DNA from: Trichinella spiralis
Lineage: Eukaryota
NCBI RefSeq assembly: GCF_000181795.1
Contig: NW_003526941.1
Coordinates: forward strand, 2,104,232 to 2,168,231
Length of the DNA: 64,000 bases
Direction of reading: 5' to 3'
Below the pieces are notes generated by a model. The model saw only the letters and a list, made by a program, of their open reading frames with translations. It had not been told where the DNA came from and made no database searches. The translations under genes and the position numbers were made by a program. Shown here piece by piece: positions 12,069 through 27,197 of this stretch (its first letter is position 1; the number at the start of each line of letters is the position of its first letter).

Positions 12069-14061
12069 TTGGCTAGCTTTAGCTTCAGTTCCAACAACAG
12101 TAGGCAGGCAGCAGTTGGAACTACTACTGAAATAGCTTAACACGCACAGGTGTTTAAAAAGTAGTGTAAATTGTATTTTACTTTCAACTGATGCCGATTA
12201 TGCAATCGTTTGTGTGTGTGTGTGTGTGTGTCAGCTTAAAAGTTCGTCTGAAATTTGTTCCACTGAATGACCGGCTTAAATCTTGTTCAAAAGATGCCAA
12301 AGGAGTCCCGCTTGTCCGTCTGCAATAATTCTGCACCAGACTCCGTTGTCGGCTTAATTTCAATTCTGTTACCACCGACTGGCCGGTTAGTACTGCCGTC
12401 TGCCAGTCTGTTTCGATCTGCAGTTTTAGCAACTGGATTTCGCCCACGTTGCTTTTGAAAGCAAACAATTTTGCATGTTTGCTTGTCGGCTTGCGCAACC
12501 GTTAGCCACTTAGCTGAGGGGACTGTTTAATTTAGAAGGCAGATTTTTTGTCCTCAAGCACGAACTCTGAGCAATGCTTCACCGAACGGCGTGACTGTGC
12601 AATTCAACTGCACTGTCCAAAGTTGCACTACTTCTGTTTTTCTCTTTTCTTCCTTCCACACAGTATCAATTTTGAAGCAGGAATATGAATCAGTATTATG
12701 CAGAGAAGCAGGAATGCTTTTCATATGCAGTACATTCCAGATTTATTCATTCATTATTACTCATTTATTAATTATTGTTGTAAATTAATGGCGAAGAATA
12801 TGCTACGTTTTGTAAGAGGTGAGAACGGAATTTTGTCTTCCTTAATAATGAATGCAGTTTGTTGAATGTTGAAAGTATTTATTTATTTATTTTTATGTAA
12901 AGTTATTTTTTCTTTGAGAATATACTCTTCAAAAACAAGACAGACGGGAGAAATTGTTTCATTTTCAATATGACTTTATATTTGTGCAACTATTTTTGGA
13001 AAACTGGCGAAACTTCCTGAAGTGTCATTGTTTTTTTGTTTGCAACTTTATTATTACTTCAAAAGTCTTTTTGGTTCACTAAATTTAGTGGTATGTTGTG
13101 AAGTTTCAGAAAAAAATGCCATCGTTGATTTTAGATCGATGATCATTTCTGCAGCCGATTGCTTGTTTCTCTGTATTATGCAAATTGAGTTGACAAAAAT
13201 ACCTTTTCCGCTTGTAGCAGAATGGGATTTCTTTGTACGAGTGTGAGCTAGCGTTCTTTTCTGACGAAGTGACAATTTCAAGTTGCCCAGTTGTATTCTT
13301 CTGCTTGTATCATGATATTAATAATGCTCATTAAATGATTGGTTTTTCCATAAGTAATTTTTTATTCAAGCATGATGGCTGTGTTAATGTTTCGCCCATC
13401 AGAGCACTCAGTATTGCAGGACAGATTTAAGATTTATTAGCAGATTTTTTTAAGATTAGCTTAGCGAGTGACTTTTTTTTAGATGCTTGATTTTTGAAAA
13501 ATATAAATTTTCCTCTGAGAATGTTATGCAAGTGATGATGATTGCAAGATAGGGAACTTTTTTTTGAATAATTTTGAAACTTAAAAAGCAATGACGCTTA
13601 GCTTAGGAAGAAACTGACGTCAAGAAGACGGCATTTTGCATCACACCATGGCACATATTCTTCAAAAGGGTGGGGACACAAAAAAGTGTCATCGATAGCA
13701 CATTATTTGCTTATGTGTTTCTTTTTTCTTTTACTGAAATTGAAAAAAATGTGAAAATTTATTTTAAAAAATTATTTTTTTTCATCCTAGTCTGCTATCA
13801 ATGACTGTTGTTTTCATCCAAGTTTTAATTAATTTTAAAACAATTTTTTGTGATTTTTATATTTGTCTGTTTTTTTGCTTTTTATACTGCTTATTGCTTT
13901 TTGGTGTTTTCAATAGACGCCAAGCTGGACAGATACAGTGAAAGAATGCAAAGAATTACAATATTATAATTTGTTCATTGTTTCAGATATTATTACTGCA
14001 TCATTAGCTGCAGTTTTGTCATCTTCTGTTCAGCTGTACAATGTGAAAACTTCGAAACTGT

Positions 14062-17000
14062 ATGATCACCATAATTGGCTATTGGCATCCATTCGTGACA
14101 ATGCTAATGCAGTTGAAGGAGATGCGGAGTAAGCAAAATTATTATTATTATTATTGTTGTTTTGTTTTTGCTTTGCAACTTCGGGAAGTCAGGGAAAATG
14201 TGTATATGATTTTAAAGAAATATATTTTTGTTTATAATTTTTGCTTTCTCGAAACAGCAGCCTACGTTTGCGGCTGTATGCGGCTATTTTATTTTGCGGC
14301 ATTAATAAATAAATAAATTTATTTATTTATTTGTGTGTGTGTGGTGTGTGTGTGACTTTGATTTCGTCTTGCGAAACGTTGTGTTTAAGAGCAGTTGACG
14401 AAAATGCTTGACGAGGTGAGGGGAGGAGGGGTGGGACTCTGATGAATGTGTTGCATTTTTCTTTGCTATTGTTGCTGTCATTTCAATTAGCCAATTCATT
14501 AACCATTGTTCCCATGATTTCATACACGTAATCATCAATTAAACTTTCTTCACTATTTTAAGATTGAAATTTCCAATTGAAATAAATCATTTCTTGATAA
14601 TCATGTCTGAAATAGTTCAATAAAAGTATATGTATTTATTTATTTATTTATTTACTTATTTATATTTAGGTAGATATTTTTAAGTTTTTCAAATTTTATG
14701 TACCAAGGTTAGAACATGATTCAAATTTGAAAGTTTTCTTATGGTGTTGTCGAACAGCAGCATTAGTTGACGTAAATTTCCGTCAATTGATCATATGCTT
14801 TGCCGTCAAGCTAAAGTGGTGATCATCAGCACTGCCGTGTTATGGACCCGTCGCGTTTCCAGGACCCTTTCCGCTTTTTGATTCGTCCGTTTTCTGACGC
14901 TCTGTTCCACTGGTGCTTCGTTTCCGCTTTGGAATAATTTTCCAACGCTTAATCAGTCGATCATTGGTCAGCGATTTGTTGGCAATTTGATTGTGTACAT
15001 TTTTTGCATTTCATTTTTTCATTGTTGGCCAGATGCGGTCAGCGCCTGATTTGCAGAGCTTTTTATGATGAGCTGATTGGAAAAATTTACATGCTCAGGA
15101 AAAATTATGGATAATCTACTACTGCTGCTGCTACTACTACATGTATACGTTGTTCGTGGTAATTTGTTGAATTTTTGCCCGAAGTACCACTGTTGGAAAT
15201 GAACCATCAACAACAAGAGCAACAACATCTGCGAGAAGAAGACCAGAGTAATCTTATTGATGATGATTGTCGCGAATCTGTCTCACCTGATCGTAGACCG
15301 GTGAAAGTTGTAAAGCGCAGTCGTTACAAACGCATACGCAAGAAAATTGGTTTCAAGCATCTCTGGTCCGTTTTGGGCATTGTATTTTATACTCTACTAG
15401 GTGGTGTGTTGTTTCTGTTCGTAGAACGACCTGTCGACCTCCACGAGCGTCAACAGTTGTACGCTGTCTATCAGACCTCACAGAAAGATTTGATCAAGCA
15501 ACTCGAACAGCTGGGTGAGAATTATGCGAAAAATCGGGATCGAGAATATTTCCTCAGTCAACTTCAAACGGCTATACTTGGGTACGAAGCGAAAATTGAC
15601 GTCCACGTTAGCAACGAATCGTTGTGGGACTTTTGGAATGCCATGTATTATGCCGGCACGGTCTACACTACTATTGGTATGAGTTTAATTTTAACTTTCT
15701 TTTAAACTTTGCCACAACTGCAAATATAAAAGCAGTTGGAAGTACTGTAACAAGGTATATATATATATATTTTTTTGTTGTGTTAATATACGGCTTGTGT
15801 TGGAGGGGTTGTTGATTTTGTGAAATGATTTTAAGTAGAAGAAAATTGGAAAAATTGATGTGTTGATTTTATTATGAATTTTTCTCCATTTGCGCTTTAA
15901 AGCATAATTTGATAACTTTTTCATGGAAAATTTCATAATCTTTACTATTGTATTATTGTATACAGAGCTGTTTTACTAACAGTTATTCTTCGACTGCTAG
16001 TTGCTAGAGATGTACATCAACAACACGTGATGAGAAAATTGTTGCCCAATCTAAAAGTTACGGATCAAAAATAGACAGCCGCTTTCAGATTACAATCTAT
16101 ACGCAGTTTGAGGGTTGTTCTTTTGGAGGGAAATGTTTGCTCCCAGGCTATGCGGAAATACCAGAACGTGTGCTGATTGAATATGTTTGAATGGAAAATG
16201 ATGATTTTTTTTCTAGATGAACTTTTTGCTTGCAATCAAAGCTGCTGTTAGTTTAGTATTTTCTTGAATACTTAGTTTGTCATTTTCAATAATATTTACC
16301 ATATTCATTGCTATCCCACTTGAGATGAAAAAATCTGATCAACAGTTGCGGTAGTTTTATTTTGTTTTCACATTTATTCCATTGCATCAGATTTTTCATC
16401 TATTATATGTAAAACAATGGAAATTAAGGTTCCTGTAAAGTTGAAGGTTTTTCATTGAGATGACGGAAGTTCTATTTATCAACTGCAACTATTTCAAGAT
16501 GCAACGTTTTCTCAACACTCACGAGAAATCCAAGGGTGTTGCTTTCGTACGCACTTTTTCCTTGCTTGTGAATGATGAACAGCAATTGGTATGTTTTGTT
16601 TAGATGAGGTTGATTACATATATGAGCAAAGTTTTCAATGTTTTGAGGCGTGGATTTCACAGAATCCTGATAACTGAGAAAATAAGCACTAGCATGTTTA
16701 GCTAATCATTTTTTTCTAATTTTGATTTTGATTTTTCTCATCGATTTTTAATGTTCAGCGACGACGTGCCCCTCCAATAGTTAGTTATCAAAAAGCTAGT
16801 TAAATTTGATAATTTTTGCATATCATATTTTTTCAAAGCGTATGTGGAAACTTTTTGAACAGAAATGATCATCACCGGGGGTATATGTGTGCGTGTGCGT
16901 GTGCGTGTGGCCATTTTCATTTTCATAATATTGCTTGACGAATAGCACGTTTTTGAAACTCATAAATAACTTCAACAGGCTGTGTTGTCAATTTTTGATA

Positions 17001-20000
17001 AATTTGTTGAAAATTTTGCCAATTCTTCTTCAAAACAAAAAATGTGGTGATTCCATGCTACAGTGTAGCTGCAGCAGTGTTTCGCTTGCATTTTGATTTT
17101 TTTTCTAGAAAAGCGGTAAAAATTGTCATAAGAGGGCGTTGGGAGTCGGTGGGGGGGGTGGCAATTGTGATTGCAAGAAAACATGGAAAGGACATTTGTC
17201 TCTTTCTGTGTGTATGCAGTTGCAAAGCACAAACAATTTGCTTTGTGTTGCTGCTTATATTATTATTGGCAGCGTGTATTTTTGGGGGGGGGGGGGGATA
17301 AGTTGCAACGCAGCGCGTGGTCGGCGTGTAACAATGATCTACAAGCGTCATTTGCTTTTGATCAAGTGACAACCGAAACACCACGCATTTTGACGGTGGA
17401 AAATAGCTTTGCAAGCATCCCCACTGCATAAGCTGTGGACAACGTTTTTCGTGGACTGACTGTTTTATGATGTTAGCCAACTTTTTCGTCGCTGTTGCTC
17501 TGCTGCTACGTTTCGAAGTCAGCTTTCCAGCTCACTTTGTTCAAGTTCTGTTTATTATTTCTGCCTGCTTGAACAACAACTTCTGTTGTTGAACATTTAT
17601 GAAAGCTTGCTTGGCAGTGATGATTTATGCGAACTTGAACATATTTGTTACGTAACTCGCAATTCAGCATTCAACATTGGTTGTTTGTTTTCATTTTTGC
17701 AAACAAAATATCTTATGTTTTAGTTCATTCTGAATAATAATATTTTTTCAAAAAAAAAGTGTAAAATGAATACCAAACTAAAAAAATTACTAAATGTGAA
17801 GCAAGTGAAAAAGTTAGAACTGGAAAAATAGGAAAATACATGGAAAGTAGGGAAAATTGGTTGGAAGGAGAAATGAAGATGTGAAATTTTGTCGTTTCGT
17901 TTAGGTTATGGAAATGTAGCCTGCAAGACTACAATAGGTCGGGTAATGACCGTGTTCTACGCTCTTATTGGCATTCCGTTGGTTTTGACTCGTTTGCACA
18001 CTTTTGGCCAGGTGCTGTTTGTGCTGATGCATTGGATGACCAACCGGATGTTGCATTGGCTTTTCATTATCCAAGCTCAGATTCGCATCTACCACCGAAA
18101 TCGTTTGCTGGTTCGTCGTGGTGCTGTACGTCGTGAGTCTGCGTTTGCCGCGTTCAATTCGGCCAGCAGCATCAATCGACTGATGGATCCGTCCACTCAG
18201 GTGACTGTTATTCCAATTGAAAAACCCAAAAAGTGGAAAGCGACCAGGAAGTCGTTCAGAGAGCAGAGGATACCTGTGTGGACGGCTTTGGTTTTTACCA
18301 TCGCTTGGATATTCCTCTGCGCGGGCGTGTTCACCCTCTGGGAACGGTGGACATATTTCGAAGCGGTTTATTTTTTCTTCATTTCACTGTCGACCATTGG
18401 ATTGGGCGATGTTGTACCAGACTATCCTAGGTTCGAATTGAAAATTTTATTTTATTTTGACCCATTCCCTGCACAAACAACCGAACAACCGAATCAATAA
18501 CTCTTTTTTTCAGCTACATGATTATGAATTATGGTCTGGTTATTATTGGTTTATCTCTAGTTACCGTTTGCATAAATCTAGTTCAATCCCACGTCGAATT
18601 GTTGTATTACAATTTACTGAAGCGCATTTTGAAAGAGTATACCAAGCAGTTAGCGAAAGGTAACGGTAAAGAAGATGCTCACAAAGGTATGCAGCACATG
18701 TGGCACTCAAATCGACTTGCCAAACTTTTAATGCCTTTACTCAGGTAAGTTTTCGAGAAAAAAATTCCCCATTATTGGTATTATGCTTTTTTTAATTCAT
18801 CCACTGATTTAACGGGATTGTTCTTTTTTCATTCGCATGATGATCACTCGTTTTGTTTACAAGTAATTAATTAATTTATCAATACTTGTTTTTATTCATT
18901 TATGAAACAATGTTAATTCAGATTGTAATTTGTTTTCTGAATTATGAATCAATAAATATACGATAAATGTTGAAAGAATGTTTCTGTTTTATTTATAAAA
19001 TGTTATTATCATGCTGTACTGAATGTTTCGAAATAATTTACGAGGTAATTATTGTTCAAAAGTCGTTTAACACTTTTGCGAGAAACTGATTGGACTGGCA
19101 TTCGCACTTAATTGAGAGAAAGTGCAGCATGTCGTCACTTATCATCAAAATTGTGTTATTTATAGATTTTCGAAAATTTTCATTCCATTTACTTTTGTTC
19201 ATTTTTTGCAATTTTTATTATAATTCATACAGATAAGCGCACCAAAATTGACAATAATTGTATATTTACCTGTAGTTAGAGCTTTACAATTTTGAAACAT
19301 TAAAAGCAGTATGCTGCACTTGTGTAACTTTTTTTTGTTCATCAGTCACCATTGATAGAATAATAATTCAGCGGTAGAATGTTTTCATTTTATTGTCACG
19401 TGAAATGCAATAATTGAAAATTGATTTTTGTTTAACTTTAAATCAGTTTTTTCTTTATTACTTAATTGTCAAATTGGCGGACAGTAGCTGTCACTGTTGA
19501 TCGAAGCTTATCTCAAACTAGTAAATTTTTTCTTCTTTTTTTATTTAAATGTTTCGATGATGAAATATTGTGTCAGAAAATGAAAACAAAAATGGAAATA
19601 AGCAAAATCAAGAGCATTTTCAGTACAGTTTGTTAAATAACTATTTTATAATTTCATTTTTTGCCGTTCTGTACATGAATATGTGAAATAGCAGTAGAAA
19701 AAAGAAATTATTATTTTTCTGAACATTTAAAGTTATAAAATATGAGTTTTAGGGGAGAAAAATATTTTTTCTTCAATTATTGATCATTAATAAACAAAAG
19801 AAATTACTGTATTTTTGCATACATTGCTGTACAGTATACGTGTTCAAAGGATCAATAGCATTCAATTAATCGAATCGAATCGAATCGAATTAAAATGATA
19901 TCATTTATTTTTAAATAAAAATTAGTTTATTTTTTTACACGCTGCTTTGAATAAATTGTTAAATTAAAAAAAAGCTGCGAAGTTTTTGCATAAAAAGTTT

Positions 20001-21796
20001 TTTATACAGCAAAATTCGACATAGCCGGCTTCAGTATATTCTTTCTTATTTAGTTAGTTAGTTAGTTAGTTAGTTTCGTTTGCTTGGTTTCAAATTGGAA
20101 ATTTGTTCGTTGAGTTGAAACAGTTGTGGGTGCGGAAATAGCGATCAAAGGTTCATTTGTTTTCACTCTTCAACGTATTCTTTAAAAATAAACCATTTTT
20201 TCAACCGATGTACAACTTTAGCATTTGCTTAAATTAGCCTGCCGGATGAAGTTGGGGAAAATTTTTTCCCCCTTGCGACGAAGAAAAATGTTTATTTTTT
20301 GAGGAAATTATTCAAATTATTTACGTACTTTTTCAAAATCTCTGATGATTAAAATATATCGTTTTGATGGCAAGCTTTTCATTTGAAATGTCAAAAATTG
20401 TGTACGTATCGATCATAATTAGGTGTGTATTTTAATCATTTCCTCTCGTGAAATGAACAAATTTGTACATATTCGCATTTCTTACTATTCTGTTTTGAAG
20501 TATAATAATATTTACAATTTCTTTTCAAACCAGTTATGCTTGGGTTGGAACTTTAACGCGTGGGCGTATTGATACAGTGGGAATAAAGAAAATAAAGTTC
20601 GAATTGTTGAAAGTTGGTGATTTTACTTTAGCAAAGAGAAAAAAGAAGTTATATTGCAACGGTTCACCGACGCCGCCGAAGCGCACGGTATTCACTTGCC
20701 GGATGCGTTCAAGGAATTGGACCCGGACAGCGGCTTGCCGACGCTTTTTGTTCCTGAAGCGCAGCAGCAACAAGCGTCAGACTTGATGTCCGGAAGAAGG
20801 CGGTCGAGCGACGTTTCTCCAGTGGTGTTGGACTTGGAAACGGACACCGAACTCGAACCGACTGACGTACTGTACGACATCTCGTACGATCCGGAGTTTT
20901 ACGGTGAAGTGCAGGCGTTGCAAAAGCACGTGTTCGTCGACGCCACGTCACAAACTGGACTGATCGACATGAGCAGCTCTTGCCTGACGCAGACCACTCC
21001 CGAAGAGTACCGGCTTGAAAGGCAGATGCAGACTGAGCAGGCTCGGTGTCGGTCAGTGGAGACGGTCGCGGTTCCGGGTTGTGAAGTCGGTTTGCTCGTG
21101 CAGCCGCAGGAGATGAGCCACGCCGTGCAGACGGAGCCTGCCCAGACGTGCGAGACCGAATCGCAGACCGAACCCGACGAACATCAAACTGACGAGATCA
21201 TGCAAACGTCCGCAGTGAAGCTGAACCATCAAGCGACGATCACCGAACTGCTGGACATGATCGAAGAGGAGATACAGACGATCAATCGTCTGCAGAACGA
21301 GCCGGTTGACCAGGCCACGGAAACCGACCGCATCCCGACCCGCGTACGCGCCACCCAGACCAGGTTGTTCGACCGGCGACGGTCTGCCGGGACCCAGTAC
21401 GACAGTCGTCTGGCTGAGTTCTTCAAGTCCGGCATAAGGCTCAGCTCAGCCGACGCCTCGGTGCAGGCGAGCCCAGAGGTCGGCGAGCCGGCGATGCGTC
21501 GCAGCTTCAGTGGTACCTTTGCCGGCGTGTTCAGCAACACCAAAACACCGCCCCAGGCCCGTCTTCCCTGGCTGACCGGGTCCGACGCCGTGCCCAGGCG
21601 TTCGTTCAGTAGACCAAATCGACGGCACAGTACCATTCCACCGCCAGTCAGGAAACGAGCTCACCGAAGCAGTGTGCTGCTCGAACAGCGCGCCAAGCAG
21701 GGTCTCCACTGGCATCCCAAGGATGGAAAGCACGCTGAACCACAGCTGCCGGTTGAAACGTTGCGCCAATTTTGGGAAAACTGCGAAGACAGTTGA
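14062..21796 (+). CDS. TWK-family two-pore-domain (K2P) potassium channel with long C-terminal tail, about 826 aa. Exons 14062-14128 (tentative), 15185-15676, 17905-18430, 18514-18744, 20632-21796
   Basis: M1 (HLWSVLGIVFYTLLGGVLFLFVE), cap, P1 (WDFWNAMYYAGTVYTTIG|YGN, split by an intron), M2, M3, P2 (WTYFEAVYFFFISLSTIGLGD) and M4 are all present. Splice phases are consistent (2481 nt). Confidence 0.92.
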
Positions 21797-24700
21797 GTTC
21801 GGTACACTTGCTTGCTTGTTAAATCAGAAGCCACCCCTTATCGCGCCCATTCTCGTCCTCTCGTCTCGTCTATTCAAGAAAAAAAATGAACTCACCATTT
21901 TTTATTGAATCACTTTTGACATGTCGTTCATTTTCTTTTTTTTTGATATAAGTAAATTTTTATTTTTAAATTTTGCTCTCTCACCATTCCTGTTGATTTT
22001 TGGAAAAAGAATGAACAGTTTACTGTATTCAATTATTAACGATTAATTTTCCCGCATCTTTCTAGACGCACTGAACAAAACAATTTGTCAGCTAATTTGC
22101 AGTTTTTCACCGATAACTGGCAATTTTTGTAAATTGAAATCAATTATAATCTCGAGCATGTAATCACAATTAAACTATTCTCTCTTATTCTTGTTTAGGT
22201 GAACGAACCAACAACTATACTTAAAATTTGAAATCATACTGTAACAATGGAAAAACATCTTTTTGAAATTCTGATTAACTGTATACAAAAACTGGCTGGC
22301 AACTGTACACTTAGTGGTATTTTTGGACAACATAAGAAAAATATGATTCAGTTTCCGCCCTGTCGTTTTCAAAATCAAATTGGTAGGTTTATTTATATGT
22401 TAAATAATATTTTAACCGACAAAAAATAATTTCAAACAACTTTGCTCAACTTTGCACTATTTGTTGACAATTCACACACAATCCATTTCTGCAAATTCAA
22501 TCAGTTTACACGCAATATAATGTTATAATTTATATTTTCTTCTTATTCTTCACCACTTTTTTTATAAATTAATGTTTATTTAATTGTTTTGTTTTTTAAT
22601 TTATGCTCTGTAAAATCTAGATCAGTCGTTAATTAGATACAAAAAATTGGCGCGTAAATCTGGTAGTTTTCATACATTTGTTTTTTGGTAAATAAATGTG
22701 AAATACATTGATATATGCAGTTTTTTGTTTCACAAATTCCATTATTGAATTTATAATTTATTTTTTCAAACAATTTTAAGAGTTGAAATATTTTCAAACA
22801 ATTTTATTTTATTAATATGCTCTGTTCGACTGATGCACACAGTCGATTTGTCATTTTCGGTAAAGGAGAGCAATTTATTGGCAATATGAATACATCATTT
22901 AATAATTTTTTCATTTTTAACCATTACTTATCCAAAAAAATGCGCCTTTAGTACTTTTGTTTGTAATTGCATACTGTATGTTCAACTTTTAAATTCTGTG
23001 CAATTTAATTGGCCATTTCAAATTGAAAATTTGCATTCGCTGACATTTCGACAAAGTCGCTGTATAGAAAAAATGAAGTGTATTTTTGAACATTCGCTTT
23101 GTCAAATTTGTAAGTTTTTTTATTTAACTATAATAAAAAGTTGACTTTTTAAGTATTTTACTTAATATTTTGTTGATTTAACAAATAATTATCGATAATC
23201 TTTTCTGATTTTCGTTGAACAAAATGTCAAAAGTGACATGAGTAAAATTGAACTGTACACTTTTTGGCAGTGTTGGAAATGTATTATTAAATTGTTTAGG
23301 CAAGTTTATTTCAAATTAAAAATTTTTTGAATATTTTTGGCTGTTACATTTTATACGTTGTTATTTATTATCCAAATAATTTATCAGCATATTATAAATG
23401 TGGACGGATCTATTATGTTTTCTTTCAACATAAGTTTTCTGTTTTCAATTTTTTCGTTATTTCAACGATTGCGTATTGTTTTATTTTTTTTATTTTCTCA
23501 TAAATTATAAATATAATGCTATTACGAAAGTTTTTTTGAAATTTAACTAGAATTAATGCTTAATTCGAGCACTTTGTTGTTTTTTACATTGATTGAAATT
23601 TTTACATTGTAATATTTCGAAACGAAATAATAGAATTACGTTGTTTTCATATTTGATAAGTTTGTTTTGTAGAATTTGAATATTTTAAAGTTATTAATTG
23701 CTATTTCTACTTCGAAAATCGTACGTATAGCTGTTGTATTATTGATAAATTTATTATTGCAGAAGTACATTTTCATTTGCCGCTCGCGTCGTACAGTACA
23801 GTTATTTCTACTACAACCATTCCCGCCTTACAATCATTTCTACTACAATCATTCAAATACGTCATTAAAAATGGTAAGTACATTTTGATTTATTATGGCA
23901 ATCAGTGGTTTTCTTCTTTTTTTCTTGAATAAGGTTCCTCGTACAGTCAGTTGTTCGTTTTCATGGTTGTTGAACCTAAATATCAGAAATATTCGTTTTT
24001 CAAAATTATTTCCTTACCTTGTTTGCGTTAGTGGTTTATGGAAAATGTGTGAAATATTGTATTGTAATAAGGTTGTTGAGTGCTAGCGTATCGGTGGTAG
24101 TGGTTTACAGTAATTTTTCAATGCGTCGTTTCTTCGTCAGCCTTCGGTTGTAGTTTGTTGTTTGTCTTGGAGTAAATGATGGTGGCGCATGTGTGTGGAA
24201 TAGCAATTATTAATAAAAAATAGGGTAGCAGTAGAGTTGGTTACGCCAAGTGTGCAGCAACTCGTAACATTAAAAGTGATATATGTTCATTGAAAATGCA
24301 GTAAATCCAAGGTCTATACGAATGTTTGTGCAGAAGGCTCTATTGCATTAATAAATCATATCTTCTACAAAGCGTTCACACATTGCTCGACAGTTATAAT
24401 CGAAAATAATAAATGTCAGTGTTGTTCTCTTATGCTGAGGTCGTCTGTGAATAATCTGTATGGGGTCTTCTTTTTGATGGACGGTCTCAGGTCGTGAACT
24501 ATGCGAAGACATTTATCCGATACGTAGCAGCAGCACTGCCAACTTCCATTCAGGTCACGGGACAGGCAATAAATTCCACATGTTCGGCAAATACAGGAAT
24601 TGAAAGAATCGCTGTTTCAATATTTGAAAATTTTCTGCAAAATAACTCATCCATGCAATACAGATGAACTATTTCTCGTGACAATGTATATTATTTGAAT

Positions 24701-27197
24701 TTGAAAGCATCCGTTGAACATGAATGAAAGACAATTCTTTGTGTTTTATTTTTGTTATTTTAAAATTTAAAATTATACAAAGAATTTGGAAAATTTCGAA
24801 GAAAAAGTTTGTAGAGCTGTAATTTATGGAGAATAAGGGCTATTTACACAAGTATACGTGTATTTTCATTTGTATATGATTCATAATTAGATGTATTCGA
24901 CTATTGCAGTTTCACGCCCAATAGATGACCGATTATACGAATGTGGTGACAAATGTATAGTTAGGGGTGCGTGGATCGAATAACCAGTCAGACTAGACCA
25001 GCTGCGGAACCATTGTCAATTTTGGTTAGCGTAAAATTCGTTTCGTCTGACCGCCTCTGCTCATTAGCTTTGTAATATGAGATGGTCAGTTGACGGGCGG
25101 TTGGGAATGAGATTGTGCAAGAGCAGACGTTGCTCGCGTGTCAATGTCCGCATGCCATTGCCTGTGGTGATTATTGTTTTCGACCCCAATTATGACAGCA
25201 TGTTACCGAAGCGAGCGACCGGAACATGGTTTCGCTTTAGTACAAGAGTACTTGGGAGACAAGTGTCATAAAATGGTTGAGAAACTGCATTCTACAGTGG
25301 TGAACAATAACAGACCGTCGCTACTAGTTTGCCAATTGCACCAAATGCATCGCTTAGCAGGTGATGGACCGTGTCTAGCAAATAAGTGACCATCAATGGA
25401 CCCTTCTTTATCCCATCCAGTGGCGATAATTGATAAGATGCGTCGTTGCCGAGTATCCAACTGCGACTCTGACCGGCTTTGGCAGTTCGTTTGGATCGCA
25501 TTGCAGCGGTCAATCTTCGTTTGGATAGATCAAAGATGGCTAGATGCGATATGTGTAACGTCACGCAATAGCTTAATTGCAGTCAAAGTTTGGGTCAGCG
25601 GTTTGTTTTTAACGCAACATGGCGCCGGAACAAAGCTCTGGTGCCCATTGCATTGTGCAGTTGCGGAATTGGCTTGATTCGCTTTGATGTCGACATTATT
25701 ACGTCAAGTTGCTAAACACAGCTTGAACACTGCTGACCAGTCCACTCTCAGCAGGATTTGGTATTGTCTTTTCAAAATCAAGTCGATCCTCGAATGAAAG
25801 AAGTTTGGCTTTTCACTTTTTGCAACAATCGTCTCAATGCAAGCAGTCGCTCTTGTATTATTTTTCTGTACAAGCATTAAGTAATGCTTGACCTGAGATA
25901 AATGGAAAACTTACATTTGATGAAGTTGTAGTAAAGGGAAAAAATTGTCATCACCAATTGTCTTCTGAAATGAAGAAAACTTCTTCAATATGATGATGAT
26001 GACTGAAAAGCAACCGACAAAATTTGTATTATAATAATTATTGTTCTTTTATTATACCGTTTCTACAAATCAACCGAGTATTCTCATGTTTAAATTATTA
26101 CGTGTTTAATGGAAAGAATGGAACAAGAAATTGCATATGCAAAATTATGATTATGATGATAATTGACTGATTGTGGAGAGTATTTTGTTTATTCAACGTG
26201 TGGAAATGCTTGCAAAGCATGCTTAACATTGAGTCAGCATTGTAAAAACGAAAAAATTGATTTACATATATATGATGTTCAATTTTCGCTTTCGTCTATT
26301 ACTTTCATCTGCGCATAACTAAATCTAAATACCAACCTGACCCGACGATAAATGTCCTTCACTTCTTGACTTGCGGCTTTTAATTTTCCGCAAAAGAGCC
26401 TATCCCATAGCCAATGCCGACTAACAACGTTTGTGAATAATAATGAAGATTGCCGTTAGCGAGGATTTGTATAATCCGCTCAGCTTGCAGACGGTGTGCA
26501 TTGTGTTGGTCAAGTACATGCGGGCCAGTTTGCCTCTTTTTTGCAGATACGGCCAGTTCTGTACAATAAGCGTTGAAATCCGAGACAATAATGAGCGGGT
26601 CGTTTTTGTCGGCCTCCGTTTCCTGCCCAACTCACTGTCCACATTAACGATGACAAAATTCGAGCTTTTTATTATTTGAAAAGAAAGAAAAAAAATACAC
26701 ATATAATAAAAACAATACAATACAAGAGTGACTAAAATGCAATTCGGCCTCATGTGCATATGGCAGACAGGAAAATTGGAAATTCACCATTGCCAGCATC
26801 AGTGCGGAGCATGTACCATCCCAAAGAGAATGATGAAAAGCAGTAATCCAGCTGAAATGAAAACTGAATTCAAAAAAAAGAAAAACAAGAAGATTTGGAA
26901 ACAATGATTCAGAAGAGAAAAATGCAAAATGATTAATAAAAAGCTCTAAGCAAACAAATTTGTTTGAAACGTTTAATCTTATCATTTGTTTAAACAGCTA
27001 GCCTAATTCTGGAAAATAAACAAGCATCTTACCGAATGGAACTATTGGTTGAGCAAATTTTTGCAAGGCCCGCTTTGAACAATCAACCGGAAGTGATACT
27101 GTTGCCCAAAAATGGCATACAAAAAATATGGAAAAACACGAAGAAGACTAGCTGAAATTGGTTCACTGGGTTTGAGAAGCTTTCATCCCAGAAATCA

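Noticed and set aside
20692..21769. Several minus-strand ORFs over the TWK last exon
   Set aside because: Antisense shadows of a GC-rich coding exon.
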